Source of the DNA: Mytilus edulis
Lineage: Eukaryota
NCBI RefSeq assembly: GCF_963676685.1
Contig: NC_092345.1
Coordinates: 105,214,001 to 105,278,000 of the forward strand
Direction of reading: 5' to 3'
DNA: 64,000 bases
The notes beneath the pieces were generated by a model that was not told the origin of the DNA, made no database searches, and was given only the letters and a program-made list of their open reading frames with translations. Each line of letters opens with the position of its first letter. The first letter of the stretch is position 1. Position numbers and translations under genes: made by a program. Shown in pieces: positions 25,341 through 36,600 of the stretch.

Positions 25341-26653
25341 CAGGCATGGGGTTATCGTAATCAGCTGTAATCGATTACATTTTGCAGTGTAATCCTATGT
25401 AATCAGTAATCAATTATGCCATTTCTGATTACAAGTAATCATAATGTAATCGACTACATAGCTAAAAACAGGTGTAATCATGATTACTTTTAGATTACTT
25501 TCAGATTACATTCATATGATTACTTGCTGATTAAAAATTTTGTAAATATATGAAAATAGTTTAGATAGACAATATGACAATAAGAAAATAAGAAAATGTA
25601 AAGCATGAATGAAAAATCATAAAACTAGTACATTTGTATTCAGTATGATAGCACTTAGTTTAATGTGATAAATTGTATCATCTATATAACAAGTTTTGTA
25701 TCAAGTGTTTTATTTTGTTACAGTTTACTAAAAGAATTTGCCTTTCCAATATTTTGTTGTGAGATTGAGCTCTTACGATACAAGAATATGCCTTGAAAGC
25801 CTTTTTTATTCCTTGATTGAACACTTCTGATATAAACTCCAATTTCATTTAAGTTTGCCCAATACTTTGATAAAACTACATTGAAATATAAAAGCAGAAA
25901 ACATTTAGTTCGAAATTGACTTTGATGGTCGACATAAATGCATGAGCCCACTTAATTCAAACATGTCAAAATGGAATTCAAAACCAGATTTCATTTTTTG
26001 AGAAATTGAATAAATTTTATTTTCCATAAACATTATAATATGTGCTTTCTTATTACATCAAGTATTAAAAATTTCAAACAAATAATGACAATTAACCACT
26101 TATATCTTTATTGATATTGCAGTTAAGACAATAAAATTTTAATACCCAGGCTCACCAATGTTGGTAAGAAAAAAATGGAAGTAGTGATAAACACCTGTAA
26201 AAACCTTTATGAGTGTGTCGATTATGTCCCCACAGACAATAAAACTATATTTAATTAATTTTTCATTATTTGTTCAGTTTTTTTTTGTTAATTGGATAGT
26301 TGGTTAAAGTTTGTAGAGAAAAGACACTTGTCTATAGCTATGTTATCAAATTACACATGTTACACTGTACTTGTCTAAATTCATTCAAATAAGATAATTA
26401 AATTTAGTTTTTAAAAAGTCACCAAAATTAGCTTTTTCGTGAGGATAAAACATGTAAAAAGTTTTAAGAAATTCTTTGACATTTCAATATACAATGTAAT
26501 CATAAGTAATCATGATTACTTTAAAGAGAAGTAATTTAATGTAATCGATTACATTTGAAATTAGGTGTAATTGTAATGTAATCGATTACATTTTATTAGC
26601 AAAGTAATTGTAATTTAATCGATTACATTTTAAAGTAATCTACCCCATCCCTG
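25341..26653. mobile_element. Non-autonomous hAT-type element
   Basis: TIR CAGGCATGGGGT / CAGGGATGGGGT; 8-bp TSD GCATGTAG (25333..25340, 26654..26661); many sub-terminal GTAATC/GATTAC motifs at both ends. Confidence 0.9.
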
Positions 26654-26787
26654 GCATGTAGATTGTATAGCTTTAAGGTCAATTCTTATACTTCATTATT
26701 AAATAGATTAAACAAATTCATATTTTCTTTGCCCAGAAGGTAGCAGACTAACTATATGCTTACATATATATTTATACCTGTGTATAA

Positions 26788-26988
26788 GAGGGGGGCAATA
26801 GGGGTTCCGTTAACATGTTTACAACATCTTGATTTTGTCAAACAACAAATGCAAAAATGCTGATAACAGTGGGTTGAAAACAGTCAACAAGTTAACAGTT
26901 TAAATTTATCTCAGATAACAGTTAACAATACCATGAATACCTTGAAAAAGGCAAAAACAGGTTAACATAAAAAGGTATTGCCCCCCTT
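26788..26988. mobile_element. MITE
   Basis: TIR GAGGGGGGCAATA / TATTGCCCCCCT; flanking (T)GTATAA duplication; internal GTTAAC motifs. Confidence 0.75.
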
Positions 26989-27215
26989 GTATAACCACAG
27001 TTTTGTTATATTGATAATAAAATTTAAGACGATGCGGTTTGTTGACACCTGATAGTAACAGAGATATGTATTTTCTTCATTTCAGTGATGAAAGTCCACA
27101 TGTTTACAGTGGCTATGGTAATTAAAGGCATCATTGGATCAGAGTAATCAGAAAGTTATTTCCTCTACAATCATAAGCTTTACATTGATATTGGTGTATC
27201 AAGATTTAGTGAAGA

Positions 27216-27636
27216 ATGGATACCAATCATTCTATATCCTCTCCACACAGTGAACATAATGACACCCATACAGATGCGGGCACAACAGTAAACTTTGACA
27301 ACTTGTATCCTGCCATTGTCCAATGCTTTGCCGTCATTCTCTTCGGTTACATTGCTGGCCGAGCAAATATCATCTCTACCTCACAAGGAAAAGGAATTGG
27401 GACTTTTGTCTCAAAATTTTGTCTTCCTGCTCTGCTTTTCAAAAATATGTGCATTTTGGATTTTTCCATTGTTAACTGGATGTTTTTGATAAGTGTGTTG
27501 ATCTCAAAATCTGTTGTATTTATAATTGTTACAATTGTAACATTAGTTGCCAAGCGACCAGTTAATTATGGATATGCTGGATTGTTTGCTATTTTCTGTA
27601 CACAAAGCAACGACTTTGCTTTAGGATATCCTATAT
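27216..27636 (+). CDS. GPR155: GPR155 coding exon 1
   Basis: Upstream acceptor ttttcttcatttcag ends at 27085 (5' UTR part); ATG 27216; donor T|GTAAGT; phase 1. Confidence 0.93.
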
Positions 27637-30600
27637 GTAAGTACATGTATATATTGGCTCCTACATGTACATAAAGTTATGTTAATGTTGAGAACTTTGT
27701 TTTCAAGAGAAAAAAAAATCAAAGTAAAATATTTAGAGATTAAAATCTCTTGTTTAAAATTTTAAAGAACAACAGAATTTACATAAAATCATACCCTACA
27801 ATGTGAATTTGACATTACATTTATATGTGTAGTAACATGCAGACTACCTGTATTTAAAAAAATGTTTATTCAGTATTAGCATTGTATTAAAAATGTCATT
27901 TACCATGCATGTTGAATTGTCATTACTAACATTTCAAAACTTTTTCTTTTTTTCAGTACAAGCCTTGTACCAAGAAAGCCATCCACAGTACCTGAACTAT
28001 ATCTATCTGATAGCTCCTGTGTCTGTAGTTATTCTCAACCCTATTGGATTTTTATTGTTGGAAATTCAGAAAAAGAGGGAAGGGGATAAAGTAGAAGTGT
28101 CTAAGAGTATAAATGACTCTGGTTCAAAATCTGGGACATGTGCCTTGATACTACATGTGATTAAAGGTGTAATCACGAATCCCATTGTATTCATGACAAT
28201 CATTGGTATTGTTGGAAACTTCATACTACGGAGAAATTTACCTTTGGTTATCTCAGAAATTCTTGATGTTTTAGGTATTATAATTGTTTTTGTTTTATTT
28301 AGAATTAAAACATGTGAATAATATAATAACAAAATGTATTCTTAAAATTTAACATTATTATTTTAGATATATCTATATATAAAGAAGATGTAGTACATGT
28401 ATGAATGCGAATTCGACAACTCTCCATCAGAGACCAAATGACACAGAAACTAACAACTATACATACTATACATACTATAGGTCACTGTACAGCCTTCAAC
28501 AATAAACAAAGGCCTTAACACATAGCCAGCAATATAAGGGGCCGAAATGACAAATGTAAAACAATTCAAAAGAGAAAAATAAATGACCTAATTTATGTAC
28601 AAAAAAAAGTGAATGAAAAACAAATATATGTAAGACAGCAACAAAAAACAACCACTGAATTACAGGTTCCTGACTTGGGACAGCAACATATAGACTGTGG
28701 CAGGTTTGAACTAATTCGAAGGTGCTAACCATCCCCAAAACAGTGGTGCAACAGCACAACAGAAGAACAGACTATGAAACACAATAAACAAATAACTATA
28801 TGCTGTTTTAAATGACAATTATTTATATGTTTCCATGTCTGCTGTACAGATACATGTATATAATTTACTTGTATGTATTATTTACATTTCAATGAAATAT
28901 GATAAAGATATTTCATTTATATTAATGAGATATTAAAAAAATGTTTAACAATACACAGTTCATGTACACATGCATTTTTGTTTTTTCTAGTTTTTAACTG
29001 CAGTTTATAGTGATATCTTTATCTTTACAGGTGATGCTTTCTCTGGAGCAGCTTTATTTTATCTTGGTCTAAGTTTGGTAGGGAAAATATCAGGCCAGAT
29101 GGGTCCACAACTAATTGTACCAGTACTTCTAATAGCAGCTAAAGCGTAAGTATCTAGGATTATGAATAATTAAAACACTTTTACATAGGCCATAACAACA
29201 TTGATTGATTGATTGTTGGTGTTAAATGCCATTTTTGAGCACTTTTAGTTACATCATGGAGGTCAGCTGTTATTGGTATTTTTGAAAGAGTCAGCATACC
29301 TGGAGAGAACCAATTCCTTTGGCAGGAAAAAACATGCAATCTTTGTCAATTAAGATAGTAGTCGTAGGTATCTTCAAATAGCAAGGTTTGAACTCACAAT
29401 CACCTTGTTGACAGGCTAGTGATTACCAAAGATGAACTTGTCAGACAACTAAGGTCCACTGTCAGAATAAGAGGCAGTCTGAAAGTGTCAGCATCATTAA
29501 AAAAATATAGTTACCATGGTTACTGTCATAATGAAAAATTACAGCATTGTTTCCATGACTGATCAAGTGTTCCATATTGTTTTTGGTAATTTTTCTTTTC
29601 AAGTTGAGAATTCAAATATGCTTTACCCTCCAGTTGCAATTTAATGCATATTCAGGATGACTATGAATGCAAAAAGGCACTTTAAATCTACTAATTATCA
29701 CTTATAAATTAAATTAATTATTTATTATATTGATTATTATTCACATTTAAACTATCATATAAAATGTATGTCTAATTAATAGGTTGATTCTGCCATTAAT
29801 AACATGGGAAGTTGTTGGTGCTTTAGAGAAATCCTATAGTGACAAGAATACTACAGAATCATTGAGTATGTTTGGTTTCTTATATGGCACATTCCCAACA
29901 GCGCCATCTGTCTTCTTATATGCCAGCCACTACTCTATTGGACAAGATATTGTAAGTAGCAATTTGAAATATAAAGTGTATTGTAAAAAATATAAGGAGA
30001 CGTGGTATGAATGCCAATAAGACAACTATCCACCAAAGTTGTGAAATTTGTAGAAAATAAAGATACTTGAATTCTCTTTGGTTTTTTTTTATGTATTAAA
30101 TTATTTAAAAACTACACAGGAAAATAAAGTCTATAGATATCTCATTCAAGATAAAGAGAGAAATAAGAATGCAAAACTACAATATGTGTTGAAATAAAAA
30201 CAAGAACCGTGAGATATCATCTATACACATTGATATAAGTGTGTTTAAGATATCTCTATAAAGTAAATGTTGGGCCAAAACTAATTAACACATTATTAAG
30301 GAGAAAACCAAATAAGTTACAATATATTGCAGTAAATATGCAAGTGAAAACCATTCAAATTTGTATTTAATATGATTTTAGGTGGCCACAGGAATGGTAG
30401 CTGGTACATTCTTGTCAGCACCTATCATGTTTGTGTCAGCTAAAATGTTAACAGTTGTAGTGAACAGTGAGCTGGACTATAAAACACTGATGTTAGAGAC
30501 TTCATTTGATACTAGTATCATTAGCTTAGTCTGCAGTGTAAGTAGTAATAAGTATACTTTTTAAATGAAATAAGGTTATAATTAAGGTAGTAGTAAATAA

Positions 30601-33600
30601 AATTATATATGGTATATATTCTTGTGTATTTTCTTTTATTTGAAAATAATAAACAAAAGTGTAGGTTGTTTTTTTTAAAGAACAAAAGTTTCTATTACAA
30701 AAAATGTTGTAATTTTACTGTTTGTATCATTTTTAACTGCTGCCATATCTTCATACCCTTGGCTGGTACTACTTTATCTTGTCTTACTCATGTAACCCAA
30801 GATGATAACCAATTCAATAATTTCAGGGGCTTCTCATGCTCAGGTTTATTTTGGGCATTGGGTAGTAAATTTGAAAATTTAAATGTCTATGAAGCTGTAG
30901 AATCTATATATATAATTGTTGTGCAAGTAGTTTCTAAATGATATATCGTGTCAGAAAAGGCCATATATATTAATCTGTATGTTTGACATCGTTAAGTTAT
31001 TATGTATACTGTTAATTTTTGTTTTATTTTCTTGATGTTTTGGAAGGTAGGTTAATTATATACTTTGTGTAAATATCAAATTTATTTTTTTCCTTCCCCT
31101 GCTTTTATAAACCTTGATTAATAGTATTCAAAGCTTGAAATCTAGTATTGGAGTTAAACTTTGTAGGCAATACTAATAGGCATTTTATAATCCTAGGTTT
31201 AATAGTTTTAGGATGCACATTTTCAGTGGAATATAAGGACTGATAGAATATCATGTTTTAATTTCTGCATAAATATACACACAAAAAAAGGGGTATTTTT
31301 TAATTTCATATTTTTGAGGGCTTTCTTTGTATTTGTTTAGTTAGTACTAGTATGAACCTTTATTAGTTTAAGGGGTTTATGATGCAATGCTATTTTTGTA
31401 ATGCCACATAATCATGTCAAAACAACATTGTTTAGCTATTTTAATTTTATACGACCGCAAACAAAATTTTTGGGATCATATAATGGTATGATGTCGTCGT
31501 CATCTGCCTCGTCTGAAGACACATTGGTTTCTAGACAATAACGTTAGTTTAAGTGAATAGATCTTTATGAAATTTTTTCAGAAGGTTCAATACCACAAAA
31601 GGAAGGTTTGGATTGATTTTGGGGATGATGGTCCCAACTGTTTAGGAATTAGGGGCCCAAAAATGGCCAAAAACCAGCATTTTTCTAGTTTCAGGATAAT
31701 AACTTGTGTATAAGTATTTCTATTGCTCTGAAATTGTACCACAATGTTTACTACCACAAGTAGAAGGTTTGGATTCATATAAGGAGTTATGAGGCCAACG
31801 TTTAGGAATTCAGGGCCAAATAGGGCCAAAAACAAGCATTTTTCTAGTTTCTAGACAATAACTTGTGTGTAATTAACTGTATGGATCTCTCTGAAATTGT
31901 ACCACTGTTCAGGGTTCGACCACTGGGGTCGTATAAAGCTGCGCCCTGCTGAGCACCTGTTTTTTTTCTATGTTCAGTTTCATTGTTGTAAAAACAATGT
32001 CTTGTGATAAACAGACTTTTTTAAAATATGTAAATCTGTGATGCGATGAACAGGTTGTCAAAAGCAAATTCAAGAGAATACAACAGTTAAGATAATATAT
32101 TTAGGGGGTGGTGAAGATTTGTTCTTCTTATTTATACAAGTACCTTTATAAATTTGACAGATATGGGTTGTAGTTTTGATGTTTCTGAGTGGCAGATACA
32201 AGAAAATGCCACATCAGTTTCTTCTTTGTTTCTGTGTGGCTCATGTAAGTACTTATAATAACGTTTTATGATAGAGAACACTGTTAGACTTATAATAACG
32301 TTTTATGATAGAGAACACTGTACACTTATAATAACGTTTTTAGAGAACACTGTACACTTATAATAACGTTTTTAGAGAACACTGTACACTTATTGATTGG
32401 ATTTTGGTTACGCAGATAAGTTTCTACCAATTTACATTTCAAAAACCAAACTTTTACCTCAGAAAAAACAGGTGTTTGTAAATGTTCAGTGAATTCATAA
32501 GTAACTCCCCCCCTCCCCCCTATTTGCAGTAAAGTTTCCGATGAAACCAATATATCAAGAGTTTACTGATGAGTTAATTGAACCAAGAATTACAATGATA
32601 CACATATTTACACATATAGGGACACAAACAGTCAAAATTATACACTTTTGTTACTGATACATTTATAATTTACATTATTTTACTTAATAGGTGTTTAGCT
32701 GTTTAGGACTGATTACGTATGAAGGAACCCACAACCAACCAATCACATGGGTACATCTGGTTCAGTTCACCTTAATTCTAGTCGGAGTTCTGTCAACAAG
32801 ATGTTGGACTGCAGTTATCTCCCTTTGTTTGTACTTCCTCCATTGTAAAAGTTTATGTTTTGTACTCAGAATAAGATGGTGGCTGATACTTGCTGGTTTT
32901 GGGTTGGTATTCCTTTAATATATATTTGATACATGTAGTAGAATACCATTAGAAGTAAACCATTATAGGTCAAGGTCTTCAACACAGAGCAGAAGCTCAC
33001 TTCGAACAGCAAGCTATAAAAGGCACCCAACAAATTACTGGTGTAAAACCACACAAACAGGAAAACCAATAGTCTAATCTTTATAAAAGAAAAGAAACAC
33101 TTATGAACCACATCAACAAAGGCAACTACATCAGATTCCTATACTTTATTATATTTTTTACTGAAATCATTATTTTGACAGCAAATGTTATTGTCAACAC
33201 CTTAAAAATAGGAGCAATCCCCCTTGTACTGTTTACAGGGGATTTGCCTTGGATCCAGTGTGAGTCTTATCTCCATTCATGTCTCTATCTATTTGGTAGA
33301 TAAATTTTGAACTGAAAGGTCCTCCTTGCCAAAAACATTATAAAAGTTATATGCAATGAACTGTTTTCAGCATTATAAGTCTTAATAATAAATTAATCAT
33401 ACATTCTACACCTTTGTGTTGTAGGATATCTATGTTCTGTTCAGCATTTTAAGATTTAGTGATAAATTAATGATGATTTGTTTACCTTTGTAGGATACCT
33501 ATGTTCTGTACAGGTTTATTAATTATGCTGGCTGGACATCACATGCATGCTGAAATAGACCCTTCATTCCATTATGGTGCTGACCAGGTAGGAATACAGA

Positions 33601-36600
33601 TAACAACCATTTATTTTTTATTTTCAATGTTTGCAACAATAAATAAACTTCTAGGTTTATTTTGCTGTTTCTTTAAGTTATAATGTATATCTAAACTAAT
33701 TTAGCACATCAACATTTTGCTTCATAAACTTCAAACTGAAATGTGACTGATTATTTGTCACGGCACTTAGTCAATATTATTGAAATACAACTAACAATAA
33801 TATACTAGTTTACTTAAAGGTTTTTGGGATACGATTGCTTTCAATCAATCTGTAGACTTATACTATTGGCTCAGGGCCATGCCCTCACGTCAACCGTTTT
33901 ATTCTAAACATTCAGCAACATCTCAGATTCTTATGATTGTCTTGCTTTAACCCTTTCGCGGCGAGTGTATCCTTCAGGATACACAATGCGCAGGGCGGAT
34001 GTATCCTTGAGGATACATGATGCGCAGGGCGAGTGTATCTTTCAGGATACATAAATATTGTCCCAATGAAAACCGCAATTTTACAGTATTTGCCGTTCTT
34101 AACAGTTGAAATCAATGCTTCAATCAAAATCTACGATACCTGAGGGTCATATTTTAGTTCTTCAGCAGCATTAATAACATCGTGAAAGGTAAATAAATCA
34201 AATCGGAAAATTTTATTTTCTAAAATTAGAACCGGAAACACGTTTTGAGGTCATGTGAGGATTCAAAATGGCTCCTCTCGATAACAAGCAGTGGAAGTAC
34301 GGCTGTTTTCGCTCTTTTAAAGGAGCCCTTCACATTTCATAGGTATTGTTGGATATATAATAATAATAAATGATTCAATATATATTTATAAATAATGAAA
34401 GCGATCATTGGTAGGCCCTTTTCCCCACAAGTAGGCACAAGACAGGTAAGACTTGCATGTAGTTTTAATTTTTTGTCACCGGTTTCGAGGGGAAAAGATA
34501 ATTGGGTTTGGAATGTACGGGAAAATGCACGAAATTAATTAAGGAAGTACAAGTTCGTCTGCTACTATTGCAGTCTAAAAATGTCGTCAGACGAATCTGA
34601 CGGCGACTTTGAAGGGTTTAGTGAAACTGATGTTATAAATGCCGAACAAGAGGTTTTGGCCGCTGAGGAAAGGTTGCGAGTTATTTTGAGTGAACAGGGG
34701 ATAGGGGATGACAGTGATGGAGATCTCAATGAGTCTGAAAATGAGGATGAAGGGGAGGAGGAGGTGCATATTGATGAGAGAGGAGATGGTGGCGATGGAT
34801 GGCATTCTAGGTTTGATATTTATGAAAGGGGTTTACCACATTTATTTAACCCTCGTGGCAATACTGGGCCAAGTCGCGTCATGGGTGCTGAAAAGGAAGT
34901 CTTAGATTTTTGGCAACTCTACATGGGTGATCAATTTCTTGAGTTTCTTATTAACCAAACAGATAGTTATGCCAACTATAACATTCAGCATAGGCCAAAC
35001 GATAACAAAATGCCTTGGAGTATCCCAACTTTACCAGAAATTAAAGCATTTCTTGGTCTAACCTACCAAATGGGAATAAATCGCAAACCATCTACTAAAT
35101 TATATTGGTCAACCGATCCAGTTATGGTCACCCCAATATTTTCATCAACAATGACCAGAGACAGATACACCCAAATATTGCGGTACCTCCATTTCTCTAA
35201 CATTGCAAATGAACCTAGACAAGGAGAACCAAATTATGATCCTTTATATAAAATTAAACCTGTAGTTAACCATTTAAATAATAAATTTGGTTTAGAATAT
35301 ATACCAAAAAGAAATGTCACCATTGATGAGTGTATGGTACCTTTCAAAGGGAGAACATTATTGAAACAATACTTACCAAGTAAACCACATAAATGGGGCG
35401 CAAAGGTTTGGATGCTGGCAGAATCTGCCAACAGCTACATACAATATATAGATGTGTATCCAGGTAGAACAGTTAGAACAGAGGGCAGTCTGGGTTCTTC
35501 GGTGGTAAAGAATTGTTTAGAAGGTGCAAATATTGCAGGTCAGGGCTATCATGTTTATACCGATAACTTTTTTACATCGCCTAACCTTTATTTAGAGTTG
35601 TGGGAGAATTATGACACAGCTGCATGTGGAACAGTCCGTAACACTAGGGCAGGTTTGCCAAAAGATATCATGTGTAAAAAGCCAGTTAATGTTGTAACTC
35701 GTGGAGACCATCAATTCAGGCAAAAAGGTGCTTTGTTAGCGGTATCTTGGAAGGACAAAAAAACTGTATCAGTATTGTCAACAATACACAATGAAAGCAT
35801 TGGTCAAGTTACTCGTTCAGTAAATGTTGACGGCCAATTTGCAAGACAGGAGTTTAATTGCCCATCTGCTATTGTTGACTACACTTGTAATATGGGTGGT
35901 GTTGACAAAGCAGATCAATACATTCAGTATTATTGTTATCACCAGAAAACCTTAAAATGGCCAAAAAAAGTATTTTTTAGTCTACTTGAGATGGTTAAAT
36001 TTAATGCCTACAGATTATTCACATTAAGTCCAAACCATTCTTCAAACCTCACATTCCTTCAGTTTTCTTGTTTGCTGATAAAAGGATTGATCAATGGATA
36101 TTCTGCCGGGGTACGGAGAGGAAGGCCATTACTTGCCCCTGATCAGAGATTGATTCAAAGACACATGCCTACAACTTTAAATAGTAAAGGCAGGTGTCAT
36201 GTCTGTTACATGAGACAGAAGAATGGCAAGCAAGACAATATAAGACAAACTAAATATGGGTGTTCAGTATGTGGCAAACACCTCTGTATGCCTCAATGCT
36301 TCACAATTTACCATACAGAGAAGAATTACTGCTAGACTGACTTTGTGTTCTTTGTTTAATACCGTTTATTGTTCCAGTTTTATTCATGGATTTGTGTTAT
36401 AACTTTTAAACTTTTTTCAAATTGACCTTTAATTAACTGAATAATCATGACAATTGGTGTAAAAAATGTGAGGAAAAGCAAGAGAATTACAAAGAAATAA
36501 TCCTTGAGTGAATGGCACACAATTCATAGGTGAGTCACTGAATGTTGGTTGTTTTTTGTTCTTGTTCGTTTAAATCTTATTGTTGAAAATTTATAAATTA

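Noticed and set aside
33587-36335. In-frame GPR155-piggyBac fusion protein (CSB-PGBD3-like)
   Set aside because: The acceptor is 7 nt before the ATG and exon 8 ends in phase 0, giving a frameshift and an early stop.
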